64,000 nt of DNA from Candidatus Methanogaster sp. (GCA_013572355.1 QBUV01000091.1:950-64949); one strand, 5' to 3'. Numbered from the stretch's first letter, positions 10,204 through 20,742 are shown. The notes: a model not told the origin generated them from the letters alone. A program made the numbers and translations.

Positions 10204-10370
10204 AGGCATTATCTATACTGGATTGGAGGAAACGCCCAAAGTCGGATTGAAACCGTGACATCATTTTACAAAGCAATATATGATTACACCTCATGTTCAT
10301 ACAATTAGAATGTAGTCGCAAATTCATGACAGAGCACGTCTGGCTTTGTGCCTTCGACACTCCGTCAAAA

Positions 10371-10442
10371 GTCTCGATAGGGTAGCGGATATCCTCATCG
10401 CCTCCGGAGCGATGGACCCGGGTTCGAGTCCCGGTCGGGACG
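10371..10442 (+). tRNA. tRNA-Arg (anticodon CCG)
   Basis: GTCTCGATAGGGTAGCGGATATCCTCATCGCCTCCGGAGCGATGGACCCGGGTTCGAGTCCCGGTCGGGACG. Acceptor GTCTCGA/TCGGGAC, anticodon stem ATCGC/GCGAT, loop CT-CCG-GA, T-arm CCGGG-TTCGAGT-CCCGG. Confidence 0.9.
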
Positions 10443-10450
10443 TTGCCGAA

Positions 10451-11602
10451 TCACATGTTGTGCATCCGGTCGACCGCCTCTTTTATCCGATCGGTGGAGC
10501 TCGTCAGCGAGAACCTGACATAACCTTCGCCATACTCCCCGAATCCGACTCCCGGCGTTGCCACGATCCCGATCTTTTCAAGAAGCATCGCAGAGAATGA
10601 GAGCGATGTGTAGCCATCAGGCACTGGCGTCCAGATATAGAACGTCGCCTCTGGCGGTGTGGCATCGATTCCAAGCGTACGTAATCCTGCAATCATCAGG
10701 TCTCTTCGTTCCGTGTATATCTTGCGCATATCGCTGATACAATCCTGTGGACCTGTCAGTGCAGTGATTGCCGCCTCCTGAACCGGCTCAAATACCCCTG
10801 AATCGATGTTCGTCTTGACCTTGCCAAGCCCTGAGATGATCTCCGCATTCCCGCAAGCTATACCGATGCGCCAGCCGGTCATGTTGTAGGTCTTTGATAG
10901 CGAGTGCATCTCGATCCCGACATCCATCGCTCCCGGCGCTGATAAGAGACTCGGGGCACGGTACTTGCCGAATGTGATCTCAGAATATGGATTGTCGTGC
11001 ACAACGATTATGTCGTGCTCGCTTGCGAAATCGACCACCTCCTTAAAAAATGAGAGATCAGCGACTGCCGCAGTCGGGTTGTTCGGGTAATTGAGAAAGA
11101 TCATTCTGGCTTTATCTGCGACGTCAGGTGGTATTGCGTCCAGATCCGGCAGGAAACCGGCTTCTGCGAGAAGCGGCATAGTGTAGGGCACGCCGCCTGC
11201 AAAGAGCGTCCCGATCTTGTAGACCGGGTATGCCGGGTCTGGCACAAGCACGACGTCGCCTGGGTTTACGAACGCAAGCGGGATGTGCGCAAGCCCTTCC
11301 TTCGATCCGATGAGCGCAAGTACCTCGCTTCCCGGGTCAAGCGTGATATTAAACGTCTTTTTGTACCATTCGGCTGCTGCCTCACGAAAGGTTAGCATTC
11401 CTGTGTACGAGGGATACTGGTGCCGCCTCGGATCGTGCGCGGACGCACATAGCGCATCGATGATATGGTCTGGCGGCGGCAGGTCAGGATCGCCGACGCC
11501 GAGATCGATGACATCGACCCCTTGCTTGATCGCATTTTCTTTTGCTTCATCGATCGCCGCGAAAAGATAGGGCGGAAGCGCTGTGAGTCTCTTTGCGTAC
11601 AT
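10451..11602 (-). CDS. Class I/II PLP aminotransferase, LL-diaminopimelate aminotransferase-like
   Basis: 383 aa. N-terminus [40 protein letters not shown] and [14 protein letters not shown] (PLP-Lys) match the DapL-like subgroup. Exact substrate not provable here. Confidence 0.8.
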   Translation of the reverse strand: MYAKRLTALPPYLFAAIDEAKENAIKQGVDVIDLGVGDPDLPPPDHIIDALCASAHDPRRHQYPSYTGMLTFREAAAEWYKKTFNITLDPGSEVLALIGSKEGLAHIPLAFVNPGDVVLVPDPAYPVYKIGTLFAGGVPYTMPLLAEAGFLPDLDAIPPDVADKARMIFLNYPNNPTAAVADLSFFKEVVDFASEHDIIVVHDNPYSEITFGKYRAPSLLSAPGAMDVGIEMHSLSKTYNMTGWRIGIACGNAEIISGLGKVKTNIDSGVFEPVQEAAITALTGPQDCISDMRKIYTERRDLMIAGLRTLGIDATPPEATFYIWTPVPDGYTSLSFSAMLLEKIGIVATPGVGFGEYGEGYVRFSLTSSTDRIKEAVDRMHNM

Positions 11603-11690
11603 ACAAGAATCGAAGTCGCTGATGCCTTAATATCTTTGCGCATGGGTCTGGCAGAAGAACAGATTAACACTTTGGAGACTATAACCAACG

Positions 11691-12014
11691 ATGCAATGGT
11701 TACTTCTCGCATTAGGAATCATCATGGAGGTCTGCGGCACCACCTGTATGAAGCTCTCCGATGGCTTCTCGAACCTTGTTCCCTCTGTTCTCACCTTCGT
11801 CTTCTGGGGAATCGCATTTACCATCTTTATCTTTGCATTAAAGACCTTTGACCTCAGTTTCGCCTACGCGGTGTGGGTTGGATCAGGAATTGTGATCGTG
11901 AGCATCATCGGAATCCTGTACTTCAAAGAACCCGCAAATGCCTTGAAGATCTTTTCAATAGTCCTGATTGCGATAGGTGTTACCGGGCTCAGCCTGAGCG
12001 ATCTGATCCGCTGA
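11691..12014 (+). CDS. Small multidrug resistance (SMR/EmrE-type) transporter
   Basis: 107 aa, 4 TM helices. Conserved membrane Glu in the MEVCGTTCMKLS context. Confidence 0.85.
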   Translation: MQWLLLALGIIMEVCGTTCMKLSDGFSNLVPSVLTFVFWGIAFTIFIFALKTFDLSFAYAVWVGSGIVIVSIIGILYFKEPANALKIFSIVLIAIGVTGLSLSDLIR

Positions 12015-12064
12015 TCAAGCGTCCACGGACGGCTTACTATCCCCATCCACAGCTCCGCTGCTAT

Positions 12065-13318
12065 TTAGCAGTACCCAGAACTTCCACTGATCTCGCCGGC
12101 GATGTTCTCTGTCATCTTCGCGCAGATCTCATCGTACTCCCACCCCTGCCCGAGCGACCACATCAGTTTCACGAGTGCGACTTCGGGAAGCATGTCTTCA
12201 GCCTCGATGGCGCCTGCGTTTAACATATCCCGTCCGGTGTCATACACCCGGTCGCATATCCTCCCGTTCAGGCACTGGGACGTGATCACGACAGGGATGC
12301 CGCCTGATGCCGCGTACTCGATTAATTCGATCCAGTCGGAAGCGACATGCCCAAGCCCGGTGCCCTCGATAACGATTCCCCGGTATCCTGAAAGGCTGCA
12401 GAACCTGAGAAGTTCAGGGCTTGCTCCCGGTATATACTTGAGAAGCGCACACTTCTGCTCCATGCCGTCACGAAGTACAAGTTCCCGCTCCCCCCTCCTT
12501 ATGTAGTCGGTAAACGTCCTGATCTCGCACTCTGGGTAATCGATCCTGCCGATGGGCGACGCGTTGATCGACTGGAACGCATCCCTTCTTGAGGTGTGCA
12601 TCTTCCGAACCCGCGTTCCGCGGTGGATCTGGCAGAAGTCGTCTGACGTGCTCCCGTGCATGACCACGCAGACCTCCGCGATGTCGCTTACCGCAACCGA
12701 TGCGGCACAGATAGCATTCATCGCATTGTCACTCGACGGTCGGTCGGCGCTCCTTTGCGAACCAACAAGAACGATCGGAACCGGGGTCTCGATCATGAAT
12801 GACAGCGCTGCCGCGGTGTAGCCCATGGTGTCGGTGCCGTGCGTCACGATCACGCCGTCTGCTCCGTTCTCGATCTCTTCTGCGATGGCACGCGCAAGTT
12901 CGACCCAGTACTCGGCACGCATGTTCTCTGAGAGGATGTTGTAGACGACCCTTGAGCGGTAGTTTGCGATTCCACGCAACTCCGGTATCGCATCAAGGAC
13001 ATCCTCTGCCGTGAACTGGGCAGTGACCGCTCCTGTGCGGTAATCGACCCTGCTTGCGATGGTTCCACCAGTCGAGAGTATCGCAACGGTCGGCAGATCG
13101 TCCTTAGAAACCCATTCTTGTTTTCTTTCCCTTCCAGGTTCTCCGGATGCGGGCGCTCTCTTCTCGACCAGTTCGATCTGCGCGCCCTTGTTCACTCCGA
13201 CGTTGTAACCGTTATCCAGTTTGATCACGATCCGGCCGGTGGTGCTTGGCATCAGCACGCCTTCGTACGTCACGCAATCGGCTATAACGCGCACCCGGTC
13301 GCCCTGTTCCGGCTCCAT
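12065..13318 (-). CDS. gatD: Glutamyl-tRNA(Gln) amidotransferase subunit D
   Basis: 417 aa. N-terminal AD1 domain (GDRVRVI...YEGVLMPS) followed by an asparaginase-type domain ([25 protein letters not shown]). Confidence 0.9.
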   Translation of the reverse strand: MEPEQGDRVRVIADCVTYEGVLMPSTTGRIVIKLDNGYNVGVNKGAQIELVEKRAPASGEPGRERKQEWVSKDDLPTVAILSTGGTIASRVDYRTGAVTAQFTAEDVLDAIPELRGIANYRSRVVYNILSENMRAEYWVELARAIAEEIENGADGVIVTHGTDTMGYTAAALSFMIETPVPIVLVGSQRSADRPSSDNAMNAICAASVAVSDIAEVCVVMHGSTSDDFCQIHRGTRVRKMHTSRRDAFQSINASPIGRIDYPECEIRTFTDYIRRGERELVLRDGMEQKCALLKYIPGASPELLRFCSLSGYRGIVIEGTGLGHVASDWIELIEYAASGGIPVVITSQCLNGRICDRVYDTGRDMLNAGAIEAEDMLPEVALVKLMWSLGQGWEYDEICAKMTENIAGEISGSSGYC

Positions 13319-13343
13319 GGCAGATCAATCTCCAATCATGCAA

Positions 13344-13613
13344 TCACTCTTCAACTGCAATCATCTCAAACTGGCTTGCAAGATTCCAGACGAGAGTGCG
13401 AGTATGCATCGGCATGTTCGGGTCATTCGTGATCTTATTTAGAATATTAAGGCTGTTTGCAGCACGGAATGAGATCGATTCATTTTCATTTGATAAATTT
13501 TTCTTTATTTCGTCTGCTGCATGCCGTATATTCCGGGGCACCGATGTATCGTTCAGGATAGTATCCAGAATAATATTGCATTGTTCAACTGTTTCTTTGA
13601 CCGACATGGGCAT
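13344..13613 (-). CDS. UPF0147-family small helical protein
   Basis: Listed ORF 13344..13706. The conserved part begins MMPMSVKETVEQCNIILDTILNDTSVPRNIRHAADEIK, so the internal ATG at 13613 is preferred. The exact start is uncertain. Confidence 0.65.
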   Translation of the reverse strand: MPMSVKETVEQCNIILDTILNDTSVPRNIRHAADEIKKNLSNENESISFRAANSLNILNKITNDPNMPMHTRTLVWNLASQFEMIAVEE

Positions 13614-13686
13614 CATCCATATTCCAATCTGTATGTGGTATATCCACACCATATCATATTTAAAGATGGGTGATCGATAGGAGGTT

Positions 13687-14061
13687 ATGGATGAGATCGA
13701 TGCCATGTCTAGATTGCTCGAACTTGGCGGGACGATGCTTGCACAGCACTGCAGCCGCTGCGGTGCGCCGCTGTTCCGGTATCAGGGAAATGTCGGCTGC
13801 CCGATCTGCGATTTTAGAATGGTGGAGCAGGAAATGGGAGAATTGAGCGGAGCGCGAGAAGATAGGGGCGATAGGGAAGAGAAGGGCGAGCCAGGGGGCG
13901 GGATGAAGGCAGGGGCATCGCCGCTTGGAAGGATCGTCTCGGATAAGATCGCTGGGATCGCTGCTGATATGCAGGGCGAGACCGATCTGGGTCGCATTCG
14001 AGACCAGATGGATTGCATCGAGCGCGGGATCAAGATTCTCGGGATGCTTGGTCCGGATTGA
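13687..14061 (+). CDS. UPF0148 / autoantigen-p27-like zinc-ribbon protein
   Basis: LLELGGTMLAQHCSRCGAPLFRYQGNVGCPICD is the characteristic zinc-ribbon N-terminus. Divergent from the UPF0147 gene. Confidence 0.65.
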   Translation: MDEIDAMSRLLELGGTMLAQHCSRCGAPLFRYQGNVGCPICDFRMVEQEMGELSGAREDRGDREEKGEPGGGMKAGASPLGRIVSDKIAGIAADMQGETDLGRIRDQMDCIERGIKILGMLGPD

Positions 14062-14191
14062 GTGACTGTCCGTCATAGCCGTCTGGTCGGGTCAAGGGCG
14101 CGGACGGTTTTGGATCTGTATGGGATGGTGGATTGCCAATTCCCTGATGGATCGGTCTCTGATGCGATAAAAAAGATATATGGGTGTGTAA

Positions 14192-14860
14192 ATGAAACTC
14201 ACAACAGTCTACGATAACGAGGTATATCCGGAGGCGTCTGCCACTGGACTTACGAGTGAATGGGGATTCTCCTGCCTGATAGAGTTATCCGGTGAGCGGA
14301 TACTCTTTGATACCGGCGGAGACGGATCGATTTTGCTGCACAACATGGAACGACTGGGAATTGACCCCAAAGACCCTGCAACGATCGTGCTCTCGCACGA
14401 ACACTGGGACCACACAGGCGGCTTGTCCGACCTCCTCGGGACGAACCACGATGCCGAGGTCTATCTGCTGGAGTCATTCTCGGAGTCGTTTAAGAACAAG
14501 ATCAACAATCCAGTGATAGAGGTACGCGAACCAGCAAAGATCTGCGATCGGGTGTATACTACCGGAGAACTTGGCACATCCATAAAGGAGCAATCGCTGG
14601 TGCTGGAGACGAAAAGTGGCATGGTTGTCATCACAGGATGCGCACACCCTGGAATCGAGGAGATCATGGGCGCAGCATCCGGAATCGGGGAGATATACGG
14701 AATCGCCGGAGGATTTCATGGGTTTAGCGATTATCACCTGCTAAATAGCTTAAAGTTCCTCTCTCCGTGCCACTGCACACAGCATCTAAGCGAGATCGTC
14801 TCGCGATTCCCGGACGTATACCATAAGAACGGTGTTGGTAGGGTGTTTACCTTTGAGTAA
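14192..14860 (+). CDS. MBL-fold metallo-hydrolase
   Basis: LSHEHWDHTGG (HxHxDH motif). 222 aa. Confidence 0.8.
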   Translation: MKLTTVYDNEVYPEASATGLTSEWGFSCLIELSGERILFDTGGDGSILLHNMERLGIDPKDPATIVLSHEHWDHTGGLSDLLGTNHDAEVYLLESFSESFKNKINNPVIEVREPAKICDRVYTTGELGTSIKEQSLVLETKSGMVVITGCAHPGIEEIMGAASGIGEIYGIAGGFHGFSDYHLLNSLKFLSPCHCTQHLSEIVSRFPDVYHKNGVGRVFTFE

Positions 14861-14861
14861 T

Positions 14862-15767
14862 ATGAGCCACCTATTTGGTCCCGTGCCGTCCCGCAGGCTC
14901 GGGAGGTCGCTTGGTCTGGATATCACGCCGTACAAGACCTGTACATTCGATTGCATCTACTGCCAGCTCGGAAGAACCACGAACAAGACCGTGCAGAGGC
15001 AGGAGTATATTGCGAAAGATTCGATCTTATGTGAGCTACAGGATTTCTTACTGGGGGGAGAGGTAGATACTGATTATATCACTTTTGCCGGATCAGGGGA
15101 GCCGACACTCCATTCGGGGATCGGTGAGATGATTGATGCGATCAAGACGATGACCGACATCCCTGTTGCGGTGATAACCAACGGATCGCTCTTGTTCCGG
15201 GAAGATGTGAGAGACGATCTCTCGAACGCTGATGTCGTGCTGCCGTCGCTGGATGCTGCCACCACGTCCGTGTTTCGTGCTGTGAATCAGCCGCATGAGA
15301 GTCTTTCGGTGGACCGGATCATCGAAGGACTCAAGATGTTTCGAGAGGCGTTTAGAGGAGAGTTCTGGCTCGAGATCATGTTCGTGAGGGGCGTAAACGA
15401 CGGAACTGACGAAATAACAGCGCTGTCGAATGCAGTCTCCCTGATAGCTCCTGACCGGGTTCAGTTAAATACCGTTGTGCGACCGCCATGCGAGGATGTC
15501 ATGCCTGTGGATGAGGATGAGATGGTGCGGATACTGGAGGCGTTTGGCGGGAATTTTGATGTCGAGATCATCGCGGAGAGGCGGATCGAGGTTCGTGCGG
15601 ATATCCTTCCGCTTTTGGAACGGAGACCGCTTACGCTGGATCAGATCGCTGGCTCACTTGGGATGCACCGGAACGAGGCGGCGAAGTATCTGCGGGAACT
15701 TATAGAGCAAGGCGCGGTCGTCGAGACTATGCACGGGGGCAAACGGTACTTTGGGGTGAAGATATGA
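14862..15767 (+). CDS. Radical SAM protein with C-terminal winged-helix domain
   Basis: Starts MSHLFGPVPSRRLGRSLGLDITPYKTCTFDCIYCQLG (CxxxCxxC cluster motif). C-terminal LTLDQIAGSLGMHRNEAAKYLRELIEQGAV resembles a wHTH. The ATG is 1 nt after the MBL stop. Confidence 0.85.
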   Translation: MSHLFGPVPSRRLGRSLGLDITPYKTCTFDCIYCQLGRTTNKTVQRQEYIAKDSILCELQDFLLGGEVDTDYITFAGSGEPTLHSGIGEMIDAIKTMTDIPVAVITNGSLLFREDVRDDLSNADVVLPSLDAATTSVFRAVNQPHESLSVDRIIEGLKMFREAFRGEFWLEIMFVRGVNDGTDEITALSNAVSLIAPDRVQLNTVVRPPCEDVMPVDEDEMVRILEAFGGNFDVEIIAERRIEVRADILPLLERRPLTLDQIAGSLGMHRNEAAKYLRELIEQGAVVETMHGGKRYFGVKI

Positions 15768-16336
15768 AATGCGCTCTCTGTGACAGCAAGGACTGCCGGC
15801 AGGGCAAAAACTGCACGAAAACAGCGACAGATATCGACTATGCGCCAGCAAAGGAGACGATGCGGATCGCTTCCGAAGTTGAATCGAGGTACATGGAACT
15901 GACGCGTCTCGAAGAACTGATCCTGTTCTGCAAAAAGATGAAATTCAAGAGAGTCGGGATCGCATTCTGTATCGGGCTTTCTGCAGAAGCGAGAATCGTG
16001 CACGAGATCCTTGCGCGGGATTTTGAGGTGCATTCGGTCTGCTGCAAGGTCGGCGGGACTGACAAAGACGATCTCGGGCTTGTGAAGATCAGGGATCCGG
16101 AAGCGCATGAGACGATGTGCAATCCGCTCGGGCAGGCGGCGATTCTGAATGCGGAGGGAACCGAGTTAAATATCATAATAGGGCTCTGCATCGGGCACGA
16201 CATACTCTTTACAGAGCACTCGGATGCGCCTGTGACCACATTTGCTGTGAAGGATCGTGTGCTTGCGCACAATCCACTTGGTGCTGTGTATTCGAGGTAT
16301 TATCAGGGGAACGTGTTTGGGATGGAGTCAGGGTAA
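15764..16336 (+). CDS. DUF1847-family Cys-rich metal-binding protein
   Basis: MKCALCDSKDCRQGKNCT N-terminus and CCKVGG / GLCIGHD motifs. ATGA overlap with the radical SAM gene. Confidence 0.65.
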   Translation: MKCALCDSKDCRQGKNCTKTATDIDYAPAKETMRIASEVESRYMELTRLEELILFCKKMKFKRVGIAFCIGLSAEARIVHEILARDFEVHSVCCKVGGTDKDDLGLVKIRDPEAHETMCNPLGQAAILNAEGTELNIIIGLCIGHDILFTEHSDAPVTTFAVKDRVLAHNPLGAVYSRYYQGNVFGMESG

Positions 16337-16501
16337 TATGGTCAATTTTCGTGCAGTCTTTAAATATCCTCGAGACAAATAGCCATCCATGGCAGGGGCA
16401 TTCATTTCAGAAATCGATGTCAAAAGAGTTGACACCCCCTCAAAAAGTCTCGCAGTTTTCGTCCAAAAGAGTTTACAACTCCAAGCGTCATAATTGGGAG
16501 T

Positions 16502-17770
16502 ATGTTCACCATCATCACAGGCGCTCAGTTCGGCGACGAGGGCAAGGGAAAGATCGTCGATGTCCTGGGCAAGGATTATGATCTCGTTGTCAGGTTCCAG
16601 GGCGGAAATAACGCAGGGCACACCGTGATCGTCGGAGATGACACCTACAAACTCCACCTGATCCCGTCGGGCGTTCTCACCGATGCCCGGCTCCTGATAG
16701 GTCCAGGTGTGGTTGTCGATCCGATAGTACTTATTCAGGAGATCGAGATGCTCAGAAGTGCCGGCATCGAGATAACCCCTGAGAAACTCGGGATCGATGC
16801 GAAAACAAGCATCATCATGCCGTACCACATCGAGATGGACAAACTGCGCGAGCAGAGACGGACCAAGAAGATCGGGACGACCGCTCGCGGCATCGGATTT
16901 GCATATATCGACAAGATATCAAGGGACGAGGTGCGGCTGGCAGATCTCGCCAGCAGAGATGCTTTTCTTGCACTCATGGACGAACTTGCACCCCAGAAGG
17001 AGCGTGCGATCGTCGATCTCGGAGGCGATCCCGGTGTGGTGCGCGAAAGCATCCCTGATTATGCCGGATACGGCGCCACGCTTGAGCCGTACATCACCGA
17101 TGTCTCGCATGAGCTGAACCGTGCTCTTGATTCCGGCAGGGACGTGCTTGCAGAGGGTGCGCAGGGTGCGCATCTCGATATCATCCACGGCACCCAGAAG
17201 TACGTAACCTCCTCAAGCACTGTTGCAGGAAGCGCATGCATGTATCTCGGAGTCGGACCGACCCGGGTCGATCATGTGATCGGTATCGTCAAGGCGTACA
17301 TCACACGGGTCGGGGAGGGTCCGCTGCCGACCGAAGATCATGGCGAGATCGGGGAGGCGCTCCGGACCGCCGGGGCTGAGTTTGGCACCACCACCGGCAG
17401 ACCGCGGCGGTGCGGCTGGTTCGATGCTCCGCTTGCGAGAAAAAGCGTAGAACTCAATGCGTACACGAGCATAGCACTGACAAAACTGGACGTTCTCGAC
17501 GGGCTCGACCCGATCAGCATCTGCACCGGCTATGAGCTGGATGGCAAGCTGCTTGAGCATCCTCCGATACTTTCATCCGATCTTGCGCGATGTGTTCCAG
17601 TCTATGAGACTATGGACGGCTGGTGCGAGGATATCACTTCGGCGGATGCGTTTTCAGACCTGCCTGCCGCTGCGAAGGATTATGTGCACAGGATCGAGGA
17701 GATTCTCGGAGTTGGCATCGGGATCGTCTCGATCGGTCCGAAGCGGAGTCAGGTGCTCTTTGTGGAGTGA
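16502..17770 (+). CDS. purA: Adenylosuccinate synthetase
   Basis: GAQFGDEGKGKIVD P-loop, GGNNAGHT, TTGRPRRCGW motifs. 422 aa. Confidence 0.95.
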   Translation: MFTIITGAQFGDEGKGKIVDVLGKDYDLVVRFQGGNNAGHTVIVGDDTYKLHLIPSGVLTDARLLIGPGVVVDPIVLIQEIEMLRSAGIEITPEKLGIDAKTSIIMPYHIEMDKLREQRRTKKIGTTARGIGFAYIDKISRDEVRLADLASRDAFLALMDELAPQKERAIVDLGGDPGVVRESIPDYAGYGATLEPYITDVSHELNRALDSGRDVLAEGAQGAHLDIIHGTQKYVTSSSTVAGSACMYLGVGPTRVDHVIGIVKAYITRVGEGPLPTEDHGEIGEALRTAGAEFGTTTGRPRRCGWFDAPLARKSVELNAYTSIALTKLDVLDGLDPISICTGYELDGKLLEHPPILSSDLARCVPVYETMDGWCEDITSADAFSDLPAAAKDYVHRIEEILGVGIGIVSIGPKRSQVLFVE

Positions 17771-17882
17771 TGGGGCGCGGGTACGACCCGAATTTTAGTG
17801 AAATCGCCCTTATAGTCGATGGCATCCAAATTCGCGTCATTCATGATCCCCGACCAAAAGACCCGCGGAAAAGTATTAATGC

Positions 17883-19043
17883 ATGAGCCCAAATATGGGG
17901 CAGGTGATCTTTATGGGGTATAATCCAATATCAGGCTCGGTCATATTCAACGCTCTGAAGGATGAAAAGTGCATACTAATGGCGTGCAACACCCGGATCA
18001 TTCCCGGTGTAACAACAGGTATTTTCAGATCCGCAAAGGATCTCGATTCTGCTATCTTAATCGAACTGGCAAAGTCGGAGTGCAATCTTAAAGGCGGGTA
18101 CACCGGGCTTACTCCCGCGGAACTCTCGATGCGGACTTATGCAGCCGCAGGGTCGGTTGGTCTTGATGTCTGGGCGCTACATGCGGATCACATCGGTGTC
18201 AAGAAAGGGACTGTGGAAGAACTTAATTCGGTTAAGGAGCTGATCGCAGCGCAGATCGATGCTGGTTTTACCAGTTTTGCGATCGATGCCTCGCATCTCT
18301 TCAATTTCGATGGGCGGGACACGGCAGAGGAGCTTGCACCAAACATCGATGCAACGATCGAGCTTGCGCGGTTCATCGAGTCAGAGATGGATGGGCGCGA
18401 TTTCGGGCTGGAGGTTGAGGTCGGCGAGATCGGGAGGACTGGCGAATCCGGAATGGTTCTGACGACACCAGAAGAAGCGGTGGTCTTTATCAGCTCGCTA
18501 AATGATGCCGGAATATATCCGCAGGTGCTTGCTATCGCAAACGGCAGCACGCACGGAAACATCTTTGACAAAAACGGCAACCCGATCGAACAGATCAGCA
18601 TCGACATCCTGCGGACGAAAGAGGTGGCAAAAGCACTCCGGGACAATAATTTGGATGTGCGGATCGCGCAGCACGGCATCACAGGCACGCCGCGGCGGAT
18701 GATTGCGGAGCAGTTCCCGCATGGTGATATCATCAAAGGGAACGTCGGCACCTTCTGGATGAATCTGGTCTGGGACGTCCTCAAGGAAGAGCAGCCTGAC
18801 CTGTACCAGCGGATATGGGACTGGACGCTTACGAATTATTCGGCAGAGGGGAAGAGCGATGTCGAGGTATTTGGCAAGAACGGCAAGTTTGCGATAAAAG
18901 AGTTTTTTAAGGAGCTTTATTCTCTCGGCGATGAGACTGTATCGGTAATCGAGGATCGGGCATACGAAGAGGCGGGCGAGTTTATCAGGGCGTTTAAATC
19001 CGAGGGGTCTGCCGAGATCGTGCGGGAATATATGCGAGCATGA
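17883..19043 (+). CDS. Class II (metal-dependent) ketose/fructose-bisphosphate aldolase family protein
   Basis: LHADHIG, AGFTSFAIDASH, EVEVGEIG, ANGSTHGN, QHGITG follow the class II aldolase motif order. Start codon uncertain (alternative internal Met codons). Confidence 0.7.
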   Translation: MSPNMGQVIFMGYNPISGSVIFNALKDEKCILMACNTRIIPGVTTGIFRSAKDLDSAILIELAKSECNLKGGYTGLTPAELSMRTYAAAGSVGLDVWALHADHIGVKKGTVEELNSVKELIAAQIDAGFTSFAIDASHLFNFDGRDTAEELAPNIDATIELARFIESEMDGRDFGLEVEVGEIGRTGESGMVLTTPEEAVVFISSLNDAGIYPQVLAIANGSTHGNIFDKNGNPIEQISIDILRTKEVAKALRDNNLDVRIAQHGITGTPRRMIAEQFPHGDIIKGNVGTFWMNLVWDVLKEEQPDLYQRIWDWTLTNYSAEGKSDVEVFGKNGKFAIKEFFKELYSLGDETVSVIEDRAYEEAGEFIRAFKSEGSAEIVREYMRA

Positions 19044-19711
19044 AATCAGTAATCCTCCTCTCCTCCGGACTCGACTCCGCAGTCGCGTTCAAGCACGCAT
19101 ACGACCGCTGCTCGGAACTTCTCGCGCTCACCTTCGATTACGGGCAGCGGGCAGCCGCGAATGAGATCAAGCACGCAATCCGGATCTGCCGCAAGTTCGA
19201 TGTGCCGCACGAGGTGATCGAACTGCCATGGATCAGGCAGTTTGGGGGTGCGCTCACCGATGCGTCCGCGCTGCCAGAGCTTGCGGAGCATGAACTGGAT
19301 GATGGCGGGGCTGCTGCGGATTCAGCGAGACGCGTCTGGGTTCCGGCAAGGAATCTTCTATTTCTATCGATTGCGGCAGGATATGCAGAGGATCGTGGCT
19401 ACGAGCTCATCACAGTTGGTTTTGATGCTGAAGAAGCAGCAACGTTTCCGGATAACTCTTCTGAATTCGTTGAACGGTTCAACAGGGTGCTCGAATACGG
19501 CACACTTAAGCCACCTACAATCGACGCGCCGCTCCTAAACCTCGATAAGGCAGAAATCGTCCGTCTCGGAGTGGCGATCGACGCGCCGCTCGGGCTGTCG
19601 TGGTCGTGCTATGAGTCAGGCGATCTGCCGTGCGGGGTCTGCGAGTCGTGTCTCAGGCGTGCGCGGGCGTTTGCCAGGGTTGGGGCGAAGGATCCGGGGT
19701 TGGGTATATAA
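19040..19711 (+). CDS. queC: 7-cyano-7-deazaguanine synthase
   Basis: ILLSSGLDSAVA PP-loop. C-terminal Zn cluster SCYESGDLPCGVCESCLRR. Confidence 0.9.
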   Translation: MKSVILLSSGLDSAVAFKHAYDRCSELLALTFDYGQRAAANEIKHAIRICRKFDVPHEVIELPWIRQFGGALTDASALPELAEHELDDGGAAADSARRVWVPARNLLFLSIAAGYAEDRGYELITVGFDAEEAATFPDNSSEFVERFNRVLEYGTLKPPTIDAPLLNLDKAEIVRLGVAIDAPLGLSWSCYESGDLPCGVCESCLRRARAFARVGAKDPGLGI

Positions 19712-19851
19712 TCCCGCCCAAGAACGCAAAAACACCGGAGAGTCGATTTGATGCCACGATCGAGATTTGCATCGACAGAAGAGTTTTATTGCAAACTTAA
19801 ACGTCTGCTGTCTCGACAATTTAATCACAAACCCCCACAAGGACTCCCACA

Positions 19852-20742
19852 TCACTTGTAATACTTCTCTTGCACATCCTCGCCAAGCCGCCCGATCGCG
19901 TCAGCCCGACACTGCCTGCAGTGCCGCATCTGCTTGGTGATCTCGCTGCATTCATCCTGGATGGCACGCTTCTCAGAGGGCGTTGGCGGCACGATGTCTG
20001 CAAACTTGTACTGCGGGATTAGTGGCATGATGTTCTGCAGGTAAATCCCAAGTCCTCGAATCTTCTTTGCGACATCGAGGATGTGATGATCGTTGATCGT
20101 CGGTATGAGGACCGTATTCACCTTCGTGATCAGCCCCAGTTCAACGGACTTCGCAAGCCCTTCCAGTTGATTCTTAAGCATGATCTCTGCACCTTCCCTC
20201 CCGGTATACTTCTTCCCATGATAATTTACAAACGAGTATATCTTCTCGCCGATCCCGGGATCGACCGCGCTCATGGTCACGGTGATGTTCGAGACTCCGA
20301 GATCCTTCAGAAGTTCCACCTTCTCAGGAAGCAGGAGTCCGTTGGTGCTGAGACACTTGATCAGATGCGGAAAATCTTCTTTCAGGAGCTGGAGCGTTTC
20401 AAACGTTTCCTCGTTAAAAAGCGGCTCTCCGGGACCTGCAATCCCGATCACCTTGATATAAGGAAAGTCCCTGATCACGTCTCTGACACGCTCGACCGCC
20501 TCTTCCGGAGATAGGACCTGACTTGTAACGCCGGGTCTGCTCTCATTCACGCAGTCAAACTCCCTGATACAGTAGTTACACTGGATGTTACACTTCGGCG
20601 CGACAGCGAGATGCATCCGCCCGAACGCGTGACACGCGCCCGCGTTGAAACAAGGATGCTCCTGGATCTGCCTTAACTGGGACGGATCCCATGGCACATC
20701 CCTGCCGTCGATCTTTGCTACACGGTACTCTTCTGAGGTCAT
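19852..20742 (-). CDS. nifB: Radical SAM FeMo-cofactor biosynthesis protein NifB (stand-alone SAM domain form)
   Basis: HPCFNAGACHAFGRMHLAVAPKCNIQCNYCIREFDCVNESRPGV is the canonical NifB N-terminus. 296 aa, no NifX extension. Confidence 0.8.
   Translation of the reverse strand: MTSEEYRVAKIDGRDVPWDPSQLRQIQEHPCFNAGACHAFGRMHLAVAPKCNIQCNYCIREFDCVNESRPGVTSQVLSPEEAVERVRDVIRDFPYIKVIGIAGPGEPLFNEETFETLQLLKEDFPHLIKCLSTNGLLLPEKVELLKDLGVSNITVTMSAVDPGIGEKIYSFVNYHGKKYTGREGAEIMLKNQLEGLAKSVELGLITKVNTVLIPTINDHHILDVAKKIRGLGIYLQNIMPLIPQYKFADIVPPTPSEKRAIQDECSEITKQMRHCRQCRADAIGRLGEDVQEKYYK

Noticed and set aside
10346-10600. 84-aa plus-strand ORF, and ORFs 6271..6456 and 6278..6610 on the minus strand.
   Set aside because: They run through the tRNA-Arg, tRNA-Leu and tRNA-Ala genes and the antisense of the aminotransferase gene. 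They are artefacts.
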